Assembly (NCBI GenBank): GCA_964484185.1
Contig: CAZAEQ010000002.1
Location: 144,013 to 208,012 of the forward strand
Origin: an uncultured Phycisphaeraceae bacterium
GTDB taxonomy: Bacteria; Planctomycetota; Phycisphaerae; Phycisphaerales; UBA1924
DNA length: 64,000 nt
Direction of reading: 5' to 3'
This document shows, one piece after another, positions 1-10,313 of the stretch; position 1 is the first letter of the stretch, and every line of letters begins with the position of its first letter. The position numbers and the translations under genes were made by a program. Below the pieces are notes generated by a model. That model saw nothing but the letters and a program-made list of their open reading frames with translations, was not told the DNA's origin and did no database searches.

Positions 1-56
1 GCCCCTTTGCCCCTTTGCCCCTTTGCCCCTTTGCCCCTTTGCCCCTTTGCCCCTTC
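1..56. repeat. 8-bp tandem repeat GCCCCTTT, about 6.5 copies, at the window edge directly upstream of uvrA
   Basis: Direct reading: gccccttt x6 followed by the variant gccccttc. It is truncated by the window start, so the true copy number is unknown. Confidence 0.8.
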
Positions 57-66
57 TCCGCAACCA

Positions 67-3000
67 ATGCCCCCCACCACCGCCACATCCCCCGCTTCTT
101 CCCCTAGTGCCAAGTCCCAAGTGCCTAGTGCCTCCGCGTCGTCCTCGACGCGGTATATCCGCGTCCGCGGCGCCCGCGAACACAATCTCAAAAACATCGA
201 TGTCGCCATCCCACGCGACCAGCTGGTCGTCATCACCGGCCTCTCCGGCTCCGGCAAATCCTCACTCGCCTTCGACACCATCTTCGCTGAGGGTCAGCGA
301 AAATACATGGAGTCCCTCTCCGCCTACGCACGCCAGTTTCTCGATCAACTGAAAAAACCAGACGTCGACGAAGTCGAAGGCATCCCCCCCACCATCGCCA
401 TCGAACAACGCTCAACCAGCGGCAACCCACGCTCCACCGTTGCCACCACCACCGAAATTTGGGACTACCTCCGCCTCCTCTACGCGCGCTGCGGCACGCC
501 TTACTCCTGGGCTCCCAAGAAAATCAAAAAAGACGGCACGATCCTCAGCCGCAGCGGCAACCCCATCACCGCCACCAGCAGCACGCAAATCGTCGATCGC
601 GTCATGAAATGGTCCGCCGGCTCGCGACTCATGGTCATGGCCCCCGTCATCCGCGGCCAAAAAGGATTCCATCGCGATGTGATGGAAGACCTCTCTAAGC
701 AAGGCTGGTCACGCGTTCGCGTCAATGGCACGATCCACGATCTCCGCGATGTGCTCAAAGATCCAAGCGAAAACCCGCTGAAACTCGGCCGCCATGAGAA
801 ACACTCGATCGATGCAGTCCTCGATCGACTCGTCATCGCTCCCGAAATCCGCCAGCGCCTCGCTGAATCAATCGAGTCCGCGCTCAAACTCGGCAACGGC
901 ACCATCACCATCGCCGAACAAGTCGCCTTCGCCGATCCTGACAAACAGGAATCCTGGAAAGATCACGCCTTCAGCAACCGCTTCGCCGATCCAGAGAATC
1001 CCGAATACGCGCTCGAAGAAGTGGCCCCCCGCCTCTTCTCCTTCAACTCCCCATTCGGCGCGTGTAAGAAGTGCGATGGTTTAGGCAATCTTCTCGAATT
1101 CGATGAAGCACTCGTCATCCCCCACCACGACAAGCGCATGGATGAAGGCGCTGTCGCCGCCTGGAACAAAAACGGCCCCGTGCGTGCCTGGTTCAATCGC
1201 ACGCTCCGCAAATTCTGCAAAGGCTTCGGCGCATCGTTCACTGAACCGATCAAGAAGCTCTCCCCCGAACAACTCCGCATCTTGCTTCACGGCACAACAC
1301 CCGCCGATGTCGCTAAATACAAGATGAAGTTCCAGGGCGTCATCCCTAACATCGCTGAGTGGTGGAAGACTACCGAGAACCCGAGCGTCAAAGAATTCCT
1401 GGGCTCCTTCCACTCCCAGAAACGCTGCGTCGAATGCAACGGTGATCGCCTCCGCATCGAAGCGCTGCACATTCAGCTCTCCAGCGCCCACAAAGCCGAT
1501 GTTTCCCGCGCTCACAGCGGCTCGGTCATCGGCCGCCCGCGCGATGATGGCACGATGCTCAACATCGCCGAAATCGGCCGCCTCACCATCACCGATGCCC
1601 TCGCCTACATCGAAAACCTCATCCTCTCCAAAGAGCACACCCAGATCGCCGAACCGATCCTCAAGGAAATCACCAACCGACTCCGCTTCCTCACCGGCGT
1701 CGGCCTCGAATATCTCTCGCTCGATCGCAAAACTGCAACGCTCTCTGGTGGCGAAGCTCAGCGCATCCGCCTCGCTTCTCAAGTTGGCTCCGGCCTCGTC
1801 GGCGCGTGCTACGTGCTTGATGAACCAACCATCGGCCTCCATCAGCGCGACAACACGCGGCTCATCCAGACACTCCGCCACCTCACCGATATCGGCAACA
1901 CTGTCCTCGTCGTTGAACACGATGAAGACATGATCCGTGCAGCCGATCACGTCGTCGATGTCGGCCCCGGTCCCGGCGTTCATGGTGGTCGCATCGTCGC
2001 CCAGGGCACAGTCCCCGAACTTTGCCAGGTCCCCGAATCACTCACCGGTCAGTACCTCTCCGGTGCGCGCCAGATCAACATCCCTGTCAGACGCCGCCAA
2101 CTCAAGACTTCTCGCGCCATCACCATCAAAAACGCCCGCGAAAACAATCTCAAAGGCATCGACGTTTCCATCCCCGTCGGCGGCCTGGTCTGCATCACTG
2201 GCGTCTCCGGCTCCGGCAAATCCACGCTCATCAACGACATTCTTCTCCGCGTCGCCCGCAACGATCTACTCGGCACGCGCGACAAGCCAGGCGCACACGA
2301 CAAGATCACGGGCCTCAAGCACATCGACCGCATCATCGAAGTCGATCAATCGCCCATCGGCCGCACACCTCGCTCAAACCCCGCCACCTACGTCGAAATC
2401 TTCGGAGACATCAGAAACATCTACACCCAGACCAAAGAATCCAAAATCCGCGGCTATGAACCCGGCAGATTCTCTTTCAACGTCTCCAGCAAAAACGGTG
2501 GCGGGCGCTGCGAAGCGTGCGAAGGCCAGGGCCTCAAGAAAATCGAAATGCACTTCCTGCCCGATGTCTACGTCACATGCGAAGTCTGCGATGGCAAACG
2601 CTACAACCGCGAAACTCTCGAAATCCAATTCCGCGGCAAGTCCATCGCCGATGTCCTCGACATGACTATCGAGACCGCTTGCACATTCTTCGAAAATCAC
2701 CCCAAGATCCACCGCATCGTCAAATGCCTCCACGATGTCGGCCTCGATTACATCAAACTCGGCCAGCCTTCAACCCAGCTTTCCGGTGGCGAAGCCCAGC
2801 GCGTCAAACTCGCGACCGAACTCGGCAAATCCGGCGGCCCATCCCCAATGCCACGCCGCCGCCCCAGCGATGCTGAAGTGATCGAAGAACCCCGCGTTGT
2901 CTTAGACGACGAAGCAGAAGAAAAGAAGCCCGCCGAGAAATTCAAATCCATCCGCGCTGGCACAAGCTCATCCACACTCTACATCCTCGATGAACCAACC

Positions 3001-3246
3001 ACAGGCTTGCACTTCGAAGACATCAACCGCCTCTGCACAGTCCTCGATCGCCTCGCTGATGGGGGCAACACCCTCGTCGTCATCGAACACAACCTCGATG
3101 TCATCAAACGCGCCGACTGGATCATCGACCTCGGCCCCGAAGGCGGCGACAAAGGCGGCACAGTCATAGCCCAAGGCCCCCCCGAAGAAATCGTAAAAGT
3201 AAAAGCCAGCCACACCGGCAAATACCTCAAACACATGCTGGCTTAA
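67..3246 (+). CDS. uvrA: Excinuclease ABC subunit A (UvrA) with a Ser/Pro-rich N-terminal extension and a roughly 45-aa acidic/basic insert before the C-terminal Walker B
   Basis: The motifs [51 protein letters not shown], two LSGGEAQR signatures, [11 protein letters not shown] and the C-terminal ASHTGKYLK are all textbook UvrA. The start is set at the internal ATG at 67, after the tandem repeat. Confidence 0.93.
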   Translation: MPPTTATSPASSPSAKSQVPSASASSSTRYIRVRGAREHNLKNIDVAIPRDQLVVITGLSGSGKSSLAFDTIFAEGQRKYMESLSAYARQFLDQLKKPDVDEVEGIPPTIAIEQRSTSGNPRSTVATTTEIWDYLRLLYARCGTPYSWAPKKIKKDGTILSRSGNPITATSSTQIVDRVMKWSAGSRLMVMAPVIRGQKGFHRDVMEDLSKQGWSRVRVNGTIHDLRDVLKDPSENPLKLGRHEKHSIDAVLDRLVIAPEIRQRLAESIESALKLGNGTITIAEQVAFADPDKQESWKDHAFSNRFADPENPEYALEEVAPRLFSFNSPFGACKKCDGLGNLLEFDEALVIPHHDKRMDEGAVAAWNKNGPVRAWFNRTLRKFCKGFGASFTEPIKKLSPEQLRILLHGTTPADVAKYKMKFQGVIPNIAEWWKTTENPSVKEFLGSFHSQKRCVECNGDRLRIEALHIQLSSAHKADVSRAHSGSVIGRPRDDGTMLNIAEIGRLTITDALAYIENLILSKEHTQIAEPILKEITNRLRFLTGVGLEYLSLDRKTATLSGGEAQRIRLASQVGSGLVGACYVLDEPTIGLHQRDNTRLIQTLRHLTDIGNTVLVVEHDEDMIRAADHVVDVGPGPGVHGGRIVAQGTVPELCQVPESLTGQYLSGARQINIPVRRRQLKTSRAITIKNARENNLKGIDVSIPVGGLVCITGVSGSGKSTLINDILLRVARNDLLGTRDKPGAHDKITGLKHIDRIIEVDQSPIGRTPRSNPATYVEIFGDIRNIYTQTKESKIRGYEPGRFSFNVSSKNGGGRCEACEGQGLKKIEMHFLPDVYVTCEVCDGKRYNRETLEIQFRGKSIADVLDMTIETACTFFENHPKIHRIVKCLHDVGLDYIKLGQPSTQLSGGEAQRVKLATELGKSGGPSPMPRRRPSDAEVIEEPRVVLDDEAEEKKPAEKFKSIRAGTSSSTLYILDEPTTGLHFEDINRLCTVLDRLADGGNTLVVIEHNLDVIKRADWIIDLGPEGGDKGGTVIAQGPPEEIVKVKASHTGKYLKHMLA

Positions 3247-3307
3247 AGCGGGGGCCGAATTCGCCCGAAATACCTTTGCCCCGCTGCAAAGACGAGAGAA
3301 GCTACTG

Positions 3308-3338
3308 AACCCCGGTGAAAACCGGGGTTCTTTGCTTT
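3308..3338 (+). terminator. Rho-independent terminator after uvrA
   Basis: Stem aaccccgg/ccggggtt with loop tgaaaa, followed by ctttgcttt. Confidence 0.5.
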
Positions 3339-3451
3339 AAAACGCCCCTGACCCGGTGTTTCCACCAGTTTTCTTTCTATTTGTGAAACCAGACTTGAAT
3401 AATCCGAAAGAAACTTGTATATTCCGCAAGTCACCTTTCGAATTGTTTAAC

Positions 3452-3787
3452 ATGAACACCCACCACCTCTCAAAGCTCAGCAACGAAGACCTCGACCTGA
3501 TCTCAGACTTGGTCCTGGCGTCCGGATCCCTCAAAGACCTGGCCGAGGTCTACAGCGTCAGCTACCCCACCATCCGACTGCGTCTGGACAAAGTCATCGA
3601 ACGCCTGCGCCAAGTCCGCGAAAGCAAGGTCCCCGACAAACTCACTCTCTTGCTCGCCCAGCTCGTAGAACGCGGCGAGCTCAGTGCAAATTCCGCCCGC
3701 TCAATCCGCGAAACCGCACGCGATCTCGAGAAGTTTTCCCAGAATCACAAGGAGATTTCCAATGACAATGGCAATGCAGGCAACTGA
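3452..3787 (+). CDS. DUF2089-like helix-turn-helix protein
   Basis: LSNEDLDLISDLVLASGSLKDLAEVYSVSYPTIRLRLDKVIERL resembles the HTH half of the DUF2089 family. The ATG at 3452 is 32 codons into the ORF called from 3356. Confidence 0.5.
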   Translation: MNTHHLSKLSNEDLDLISDLVLASGSLKDLAEVYSVSYPTIRLRLDKVIERLRQVRESKVPDKLTLLLAQLVERGELSANSARSIRETARDLEKFSQNHKEISNDNGNAGN

Positions 3788-4133
3788 ATGGTGGAGCCAA
3801 TCCTTCGGGACCTACCTGGGCGCATTCGGCGGCGCAGGAATCGGAGTCATCGGCGGCACACTCGGCGCGGCCATGGGTTTCCTCGCTCCCAAGGGAAAGT
3901 GCAAGACCTTGATTCTCTCAACCATGGGTCTGGTGATCGCCGCCTCCGCGGTCCTGCTCGTCACCGGAATCATCGCGATTATCGTCGGCCAACCCCGCCA
4001 CGTGTGGTATGGTCCGATGTTGATCGGATTCATCGGCACGATTGTTCTGGGCTCGCTCTTCCCGATGGTCCTCATGCGCTACCGGCAGGCAGAAGCAAGA
4101 CGAATGGATGCCGAGACATTCAAGCGGAGTTGA
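3762..4133 (+). CDS. Small integral membrane protein (3-4 TM), overlapping and co-oriented with the DUF2089 gene
   Basis: Hydrophobic Gly-rich TM segments. An AAGGAG Shine-Dalgarno motif lies 6 nt upstream of the ATG at 3762 (MTMAMQ). Confidence 0.45.
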   Translation: MTMAMQATEWWSQSFGTYLGAFGGAGIGVIGGTLGAAMGFLAPKGKCKTLILSTMGLVIAASAVLLVTGIIAIIVGQPRHVWYGPMLIGFIGTIVLGSLFPMVLMRYRQAEARRMDAETFKRS

Positions 4134-4142
4134 TACAAGACT

Positions 4143-5306
4143 TTGAGCATCGAGGCCGCAACGATTGGCCCCATGCTCTTATTTCTACAAAATGACCTCG
4201 GCAACAAAACCGTCAATGCACTCGCCAACGTTGTCGAAAGCACGTTCCTTTGCCAAACTCCAGTTGAATGGATCGTGTTTGGAACCGCGTGGTTCGCAAT
4301 GGTCGGGGTCTTCGTACTCCTCCGAGCTTTTGTCGCGGCCCGCCTGAAAAAAATCGCTGCTCATACTACAACGCGCTTTGACGATGTTCTGGTAAAGATC
4401 ATCGAAGATCAACGCACATGGCTCTACTTCTTCATCTTCCTGTATGTCGCTTCGCTGACTCTGACAGTCGATCCCAAGGCGATTCCACCCGGAACCGAGA
4501 ATCGCCTCAATACGCTTCTGAATATTCTGAGCACACTCAGATACGTTGCAATAGTCGCCGCCGCGATTCAACTCTTTCTTTCCAGTCGCCTGGTCGTTGA
4601 TTTCGGACTTGAACAACTCCTCGACAAAACCAAATCTTCCGACGGCAAGCCCGATCCCAGCATCCGCGGCAGCCTTGTCGTCCTCCGCTTCGTCGTCATG
4701 CTGGTAATTGCGACCGGGGTCTGTCTCCTCGCCCTAGAAAACTTCGGCGTCAAAGTCGGCCCGATGATCACTGGCCTTGGAATCGGCGGCATCGCGATCG
4801 CCCTGGCTATTCAGAAGGTCCTCGGAGACTTGCTGGCCTCAGTCTCCATTCTCATGGATAAACCGTTTGTGGTTGGCGACTATGTGACCATCGGAGATAA
4901 GAACGGCACGGTCGAAGTCATCGGCCTCAAGACCACCCGCCTGCGCGCCCCCACTGGCGAACAGCTGATCTTCGGCAATTCTGACATTCTCAATTCCCGC
5001 ATCCACAACTACCAGCGCCTGGAAGAGCGGCGTGTCACGATGACACTCAACGTCATGAGTTCCGTCCCGCCTGAAAAACTCCGAGAAATTCCCGGGATTG
5101 TGAAGGCCGTCATCGAATCTGAGGAACAGGTGCGTTTCGATCGGTGTCACTTCAAGGGGATGAGCGAGCGGTCGTACATATATGAAGTCTCATACCTGAT
5201 CCTCAGCAGCGACTATCTCACCTACATGAATTCGCAGGAACGAGTCTATCTGGGAATCCTGGAGGCCTTCGCCCGCCACGAGATTCGCCTGTATTTCATC
5301 CCGTAG
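4143..5306 (+). CDS. Mechanosensitive ion channel, MscS family
   Basis: TM helices followed by the MscS core GLGIGGIAIALAIQKVLGDLLASVSILMDKPFVVGDYVTIGDKNGTVEVIGLKTTRLRAPTGEQLIFGNSDILNSRIHNY. Confidence 0.85.
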   Translation: MSIEAATIGPMLLFLQNDLGNKTVNALANVVESTFLCQTPVEWIVFGTAWFAMVGVFVLLRAFVAARLKKIAAHTTTRFDDVLVKIIEDQRTWLYFFIFLYVASLTLTVDPKAIPPGTENRLNTLLNILSTLRYVAIVAAAIQLFLSSRLVVDFGLEQLLDKTKSSDGKPDPSIRGSLVVLRFVVMLVIATGVCLLALENFGVKVGPMITGLGIGGIAIALAIQKVLGDLLASVSILMDKPFVVGDYVTIGDKNGTVEVIGLKTTRLRAPTGEQLIFGNSDILNSRIHNYQRLEERRVTMTLNVMSSVPPEKLREIPGIVKAVIESEEQVRFDRCHFKGMSERSYIYEVSYLILSSDYLTYMNSQERVYLGILEAFARHEIRLYFIP

Positions 5307-5386
5307 GGCTCAAGACAGACAATTTTGCTGGTATGCTCTGATTCGCGAACCAATCCTGGCTCCGCGCATTTCATTGGGTACCCAGC

Positions 5387-5935
5387 GTGAATGACGGCCC
5401 GTCTGACAAAAGCGATCAGGAACTGCTCAGCGCGTACGCGCGCGGAGATCGTTCTGCATTGGGCATCCTCTATCAGCGCCACAAACTCTTCTGCTATCGC
5501 ATCGCCGCTCGGCACGCCAAAGACGATGCCAGAGCGATGGACCTGGTGCAGGATGCATTTATTTATCTAGTCCAGAACGCTGGGAAAATCACTCTCCGCA
5601 GCAAACTCACCACACTTCTCTACCCAGTGATTCTCAACGCCGCCCGCTCGCGCTTTCGCAAAGACAAGCTGCTGGTCTTTGGCGATCAACCTGAAACTCC
5701 GGACACCGATCCCCCAATACGACCGGCTACCGAGATGGAACCGGCTCTGCTCGCGGCAGTACAAGGTCTGCAGCCAGACTTCCAGGAAGTGCTGCTGATG
5801 CGCATCGTCGATGAGATGTCCGTCGATGAAGTCGCCCAGGCACTTTCCATTCCAGCCGGCACAGTCAAAAGCCGCCTTCACACCGCTCTCTCGCAACTCC
5901 GCGGCAACCCACAGATTTCTCATTTGCTCGACTAA
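5387..5935 (+). CDS. RNA polymerase ECF-type sigma-70 factor
   Basis: Sigma-70 region 2 (DLVQDAFIYL) and region 4 (LLMRIVDEMSVDEVAQALSIPAGTVKSRLHTALSQLR). The ORF begins at GTG 5387. Confidence 0.85.
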   Translation: MNDGPSDKSDQELLSAYARGDRSALGILYQRHKLFCYRIAARHAKDDARAMDLVQDAFIYLVQNAGKITLRSKLTTLLYPVILNAARSRFRKDKLLVFGDQPETPDTDPPIRPATEMEPALLAAVQGLQPDFQEVLLMRIVDEMSVDEVAQALSIPAGTVKSRLHTALSQLRGNPQISHLLD

Positions 5936-5981
5936 TTCATCGAACCAACTTGCGCCCTCGCGCACTCAATAGAGACAGCCT

Positions 5982-6326
5982 ATGGATATTGAACCCAACA
6001 TCCCCGCCCCGCTCGCCGAGAAGCTCAAAGCCGGCTTTGCACATCAGCCGCCCGCGGAACTGGAGTCATACGTCCTTGATGTTGCTCATTCATTCAAGGC
6101 TCCACGCGTATGGTGGCGTTCCAAATGGGCCGCGGTGGCCGCGATTCTGATCGTCGCCGCAAGCATTCCTCTCACACTCAACCTGACCGCAAAGCAGCCG
6201 ACCGTACTCGATGCCTTCGCCGCGGCCCGCGCCATGCGCGGCGGCGACAAGAGCATTTCACAGGCCGATGTTGATTCACTGCTTGCAGCTGCGGTCAAAC
6301 TCCCCCGAAAGCGCGGTGGACTATGA
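5982..6326 (+). CDS. Putative anti-sigma factor (single TM), inferred from its position after the ECF sigma gene
   Basis: Small protein with one TM (WAAVAAILIVAASIPL) directly after the ECF sigma gene. There is no diagnostic motif. Confidence 0.35.
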   Translation: MDIEPNIPAPLAEKLKAGFAHQPPAELESYVLDVAHSFKAPRVWWRSKWAAVAAILIVAASIPLTLNLTAKQPTVLDAFAAARAMRGGDKSISQADVDSLLAAAVKLPRKRGGL

Positions 6327-6781
6327 AGACTCCCCGTTTCATTCTTCTTGCTCTTGCAACTCTGGTTCCATTCCTCATGGCCAGCGGCCCAGACCGCCCG
6401 ACATTTGCTGGCGGCGGAACATTCGTTGCCTTCGATGTGATGGTAGATTCCAGTACTCCGCTGGCCGCGTATCAAGTTGATATTCAAGTTGCCAAAGGCG
6501 TCACAATCGTCGGCATCGAAGGCGGAGAGTCCGCCGCCTTCAATGCCGCCCCCGCATATGACCCCGAAGCGATGGAACAGGAACGCGTCATTCTCGCGGC
6601 GTTCAGCCTCAACACTGCCGCGAACTTGCCAAGCGGCAATACACGCATCGCCCGCATTCACGTAGTCGGTTCACCCAACATGTCACTCCCCGCGATCTCA
6701 CTTTCAGTCGCCGCGGATTCCGCAGGAAACAAGCTCGCCGCAACAGCCACGATCGCACCCAGCAAGGAACTTGAACAATGA
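6323..6781 (+). CDS. Secreted hypothetical protein (signal peptide)
   Basis: N-terminal signal peptide MKTPRFILLALATLVPFLMA. Overlaps by 4 bp at both ends (with the putative anti-sigma gene and the VIT-VWA gene), so all three are probably in one operon. Confidence 0.4.
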   Translation: MKTPRFILLALATLVPFLMASGPDRPTFAGGGTFVAFDVMVDSSTPLAAYQVDIQVAKGVTIVGIEGGESAAFNAAPAYDPEAMEQERVILAAFSLNTAANLPSGNTRIARIHVVGSPNMSLPAISLSVAADSAGNKLAATATIAPSKELEQ

Positions 6782-9192
6782 CTCATCCACTCGCCACTCG
6801 ACCATTCGTCCTCATTGCCGCATCAGCAGTAGCGGCTGGGGCCATTCTCATTGCCGCTTGCACATCAACCGGTAAAGCCCGAAACGTGAGTCGAGAGTCA
6901 TCGAGCGCGGCAGCGCCAGGCCCTTCAGGCGGATTTGATGTGCTCAGTGAAGGCCAGAACTCGCTCGGCCTCGAGAAAACGTTGCGTGACGAAGAATCCC
7001 AACCTAGTCGCATGCGAACTGGATACATCGAAAGCGAATCCAAAGGCGGACCTCCCACCGGACATGATGGAAGTTACTTAAGAATTGATCCCAGCCTCAA
7101 ATTATCTGAACCCGACTACACCAACGCGCCACAATTTGACCTTGCGAGCGTCTTGAAAGCCGGCCGCCAAGGTGGAGGGCAGAGCCCATTCGCAGATAAT
7201 GAAACCAGACAAGCAATGTCGCAGCTTGCGTCCATGTTCATTACGCACTGCCCGCCAACCCACACCGATTTCCGCGGCGTGCGATTCGCATCTAACGAAG
7301 AAATCTGGGTGATTCAGCGGTATGTGCCGCGGGCCGAAGACAGACCTGATCAGATGAACCCGGGCACCGGCAGCATGGGTTGCTATCAGGGTGAAACTCT
7401 GGTTCCTGTGCCGCTGAAGCACACTGATGTGCGGGCGAACATTACAGGGTTCATCAGCACTGTCGATGTCGAGCAGACTTTTACGAACCCATATCCCAGC
7501 AAGATCGAAGCGGTCTACGCGTTCCCCCTTCCAGAAAACGCGGCGGTCAGCGAATTCGTCATGACCATCGGCGATCGCCATATCCGCGGCATCATCCGCG
7601 ACAAAGCTGAAGCTCAGCAGATCTACGCGCAGGCACGCAGCCAGGGAAAGGTCGCGAGCATTCTCAATCAGGAGCGGCCCAATCTGTTTGTGCAGAAGGT
7701 CGCGAACATCGAGCCTGGACGTGAAATCGATATTTCGATCCGCTATTACAACACGCTTTCGTACTCCGATGGCGCGTACGAGTTTGTCTTCCCAATGGTC
7801 ATCGCGCCCCGCTACAACCCCTCGCATACTGATGGCATCGGCGCAGTTGCACGCGGGAACGCCGGAACCAGCGGCGAAAAAACTGAAATCAGCTACCTGC
7901 GCCCCAATGAACGCAGCGGCACCGATATCTCGCTCAAAGTCGAAGTCGATGCGGGCGTCAGCATTGAGAAACTCGAAAGCCCGACACACGCTGTCAAGAT
8001 CGAACGCGACGGCAACACCCGGGCCACCGTTGAACTCTCACGCAATGACTCGATTCCCAACAAGGACTTTATCCTTCGCTGCCATGTTGCTGGGTCGCAG
8101 ATGAAGTCGACGTTGCTCACCACCACTGATCCAAAGGGCGACAATGTCTTCGCACTGATGCTGATCCCGCCGCGGGATTTGAAGTCGCTCAAGCGTGCTC
8201 CTCTGGAAATGGTCTATGTGCTGGATGCTTCCGGCAGCATGGACGGCAAGCCGATGACGCAGGCAAAAGATGCGATCGCTCGCAGCCTCAGGAAGCTCAA
8301 CGCTGATGACACATTCCAACTCATCAACTTCTCAAACACCAGTTCACAGCTTGGCAATCGCCCAATCGCCGCGACTCGCGAGAACGTCCAGCGCGCACTT
8401 GCCTATCTCGATCAAATCGCCGCATCCGGCGGCACGGAGATGATGAACGGCCTGCGGGCCTCACTCAATTTCCCGCACGATGCCCATCGGATGCGCTACA
8501 TCACCTTCCTGACCGATGGCCTCATCGGCAACGAATCGGACATCATCCGCGAAATCCACAGCAACCTGGGCGACACACGCATCTTCAGCTTCGGCGTCAG
8601 CGCTGCTCCCAACCGCTACCTGCTCGATGCGATGGCACGTGTTGGTTCTGGCGGCGTGGCATATCTCGCACCTGACGATTCGGCCACTGAGGTCATGGAT
8701 GCATTTGATGATCGGATCAGCCATCCCGCGCTCTTTGATGTCAAGCTCGATTTCGCTTCTGCCGATGTCAGCGATGTCTTCCCGCAGCGCATCCCCGATC
8801 TCTGCGTCGATCGTCCGATGATCGTGACTGGCAAGTATCGCGGTCATCTTTCGGGCCCCATCCGCATCAGCGGCCGCGCGGGTGGTATGCGGATGTCTAC
8901 AGAAGTTTCAAGTGTCATTGGCGCAGAGCGGGCTCAGGCGAAGGCCTTGCCGCAGATCTGGGCGAATATGAAGATTCAGTCGCTGGCTGAAAAGGCTTTG
9001 TGGAATGGCTCAGAGGAACTTGCGCCGCAAGCGAGAGCAACCGCACTTCGCTATGCGATCATGTCGCCATTCACGAGTTTCGTTGCAGTCGATTCTCTCT
9101 CGAAGACGCAGGAGGCGTACGGGACAACAGTTCAAGTTCCGGTTGCGGTTCCCGATGGCACGCGGTATGAAACTACCGTCGGTGAAAAGTAA
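6778..9192 (+). CDS. VIT (vault protein inter-alpha-trypsin) plus von Willebrand factor A domain protein
   Basis: VIT-like N-terminal region (ITGFISTVDVEQTFTNPYPSKIEAVYAFPLPENAAVSEFVMTIGDRHIRG). VWA MIDAS motif VYVLDASGSMDGKPM ... GGTEMMNGL ... FLTDGLIGNES. Confidence 0.85.
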   Translation: MTHPLATRPFVLIAASAVAAGAILIAACTSTGKARNVSRESSSAAAPGPSGGFDVLSEGQNSLGLEKTLRDEESQPSRMRTGYIESESKGGPPTGHDGSYLRIDPSLKLSEPDYTNAPQFDLASVLKAGRQGGGQSPFADNETRQAMSQLASMFITHCPPTHTDFRGVRFASNEEIWVIQRYVPRAEDRPDQMNPGTGSMGCYQGETLVPVPLKHTDVRANITGFISTVDVEQTFTNPYPSKIEAVYAFPLPENAAVSEFVMTIGDRHIRGIIRDKAEAQQIYAQARSQGKVASILNQERPNLFVQKVANIEPGREIDISIRYYNTLSYSDGAYEFVFPMVIAPRYNPSHTDGIGAVARGNAGTSGEKTEISYLRPNERSGTDISLKVEVDAGVSIEKLESPTHAVKIERDGNTRATVELSRNDSIPNKDFILRCHVAGSQMKSTLLTTTDPKGDNVFALMLIPPRDLKSLKRAPLEMVYVLDASGSMDGKPMTQAKDAIARSLRKLNADDTFQLINFSNTSSQLGNRPIAATRENVQRALAYLDQIAASGGTEMMNGLRASLNFPHDAHRMRYITFLTDGLIGNESDIIREIHSNLGDTRIFSFGVSAAPNRYLLDAMARVGSGGVAYLAPDDSATEVMDAFDDRISHPALFDVKLDFASADVSDVFPQRIPDLCVDRPMIVTGKYRGHLSGPIRISGRAGGMRMSTEVSSVIGAERAQAKALPQIWANMKIQSLAEKALWNGSEELAPQARATALRYAIMSPFTSFVAVDSLSKTQEAYGTTVQVPVAVPDGTRYETTVGEK

Positions 9193-9205
9193 GTTGAAGT
9201 GAGTA

Positions 9206-10249
9206 TCAGACAACTTTCTTGCCGGCAGTGCTGTCACCGGACCCAAGTGCGCTGAACGCGTTGACGCCGGAAAGCGTGTCGCCGGAAACACTGTCGCCTG
9301 TCGTAGCTTCACCTTGAACAGTTGAACCAGCCATACTCCCGCCTGCCAGCGATTCGCCGGCGAGGGTCTCGCCGGAAACCTGGCGATCAAGATTGTCATC
9401 GACGTGAATCGGAGTCAAGACTTCGCGCTGTGGTTTGCCATTGGGCGTTGCCACGGTTGCACGCAGGCGCTTGCGGAGTTCTTCGCGAAGAGTTTCGAGG
9501 TCGAGCGGGATTGAGAGTTTGCCGCGTTCGGCGAGGCGAATGTGGCCGCGTTCTTCGGAGACAATGACCACCAGTGCATCACACTCTTTGGTGAGACCGA
9601 CTGCCGCGCGATGGCGGGAACCAAGCCGGGTGTCAGGCATGTCGCCGGGTTCAGCCAGGGGCAACTGCACACCTGCTGAAACCAGTCGCCGACCTTTGAC
9701 GATGACCGCCAAGTCGTGCAACGCAGAGCCGGGGAAGAAGATCGTCTGCAGGAGCGGCGCGGAGAGCTCGGCGTTCAGGAGTGTGCCGCCTTCGGTGACG
9801 CCGCCGAGCTGGGTCTGGCGTTCGATGACGATGAGAGCGCCGAACTTGGCTTTGGCGAGGTATTCAGATGCCTCGCAGATTTCATCGACCAGGAAAGCGA
9901 TGTCTTTGGGTGTGGACCGGAAGATTGAGGTCTCGCCCAGCCGCACCAGTGCGCGGCGGAGTTCGGGCTGGAAAATCACGATCAGAGCGACAGCAACCAG
10001 AGCGATCAGCCGGTCATAGAGGTAGCCGACGCGGACGAAGGCACCCTGGCCGCCAAAGATGCGGGCCATGATGGTCGCGGCGACGATGATGACGAGCAGG
10101 CCCTTGAGGGCCCCCGCGGCACGAGTTCCCTGGACAAACCGCAGCACCACATAGACCACGATCCAGATCAGGATCAACTCAATACCGACCTCGACGGCTG
10201 AATAGCCGGTCAGGCGGTCGAGGAGATCTTGCAGGCGTTCAAGGTGCAT
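9206..10249 (-). CDS. cdaA: Diadenylate cyclase (c-di-AMP synthase, CdaA/DacA type) with a C-terminal low-complexity Gly/Ser/Thr repeat tail
   Basis: N-terminal TM helices plus a DisA_N domain (FGALIVIERQTQL...HDLAVIVKGRRLVSAGVQLPL...RLGSRHRAAVGLTKECDALVVIVSEERGHIRL). The tail repeats SGETLAGESLAGGSMAG. Start taken at the internal ATG (MHLERLQ). Confidence 0.82.
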   Translation of the reverse strand: MHLERLQDLLDRLTGYSAVEVGIELILIWIVVYVVLRFVQGTRAAGALKGLLVIIVAATIMARIFGGQGAFVRVGYLYDRLIALVAVALIVIFQPELRRALVRLGETSIFRSTPKDIAFLVDEICEASEYLAKAKFGALIVIERQTQLGGVTEGGTLLNAELSAPLLQTIFFPGSALHDLAVIVKGRRLVSAGVQLPLAEPGDMPDTRLGSRHRAAVGLTKECDALVVIVSEERGHIRLAERGKLSIPLDLETLREELRKRLRATVATPNGKPQREVLTPIHVDDNLDRQVSGETLAGESLAGGSMAGSTVQGEATTGDSVSGDTLSGVNAFSALGSGDSTAGKKVV

Positions 10250-10313
10250 GGGTACACGATCAGAAAAGGAAGGGACAAGAGACGCGGGTCCCATCAGCTT
10301 CTACGCTTCCGGG

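Noticed and set aside
1-56. Tandem repeat at the window start considered as a CRISPR-like or minisatellite array.
   Set aside because: The 8-bp unit is contiguous with no spacers, so it is a simple sequence repeat, not CRISPR.
233-3236. Many 60-300-codon ORFs on both strands inside uvrA (for example 1081..1983 minus, 1937..2665 plus).
   Set aside because: They lie entirely within the strongly supported uvrA frame and have Arg/Ala/Ser-rich low-complexity translations. These are typical GC-rich shadow ORFs.
7102-7989. 295-codon minus-strand ORF inside the VIT-VWA gene.
   Set aside because: It is a shadow ORF of a gene with clear VIT and VWA motifs on the plus strand.
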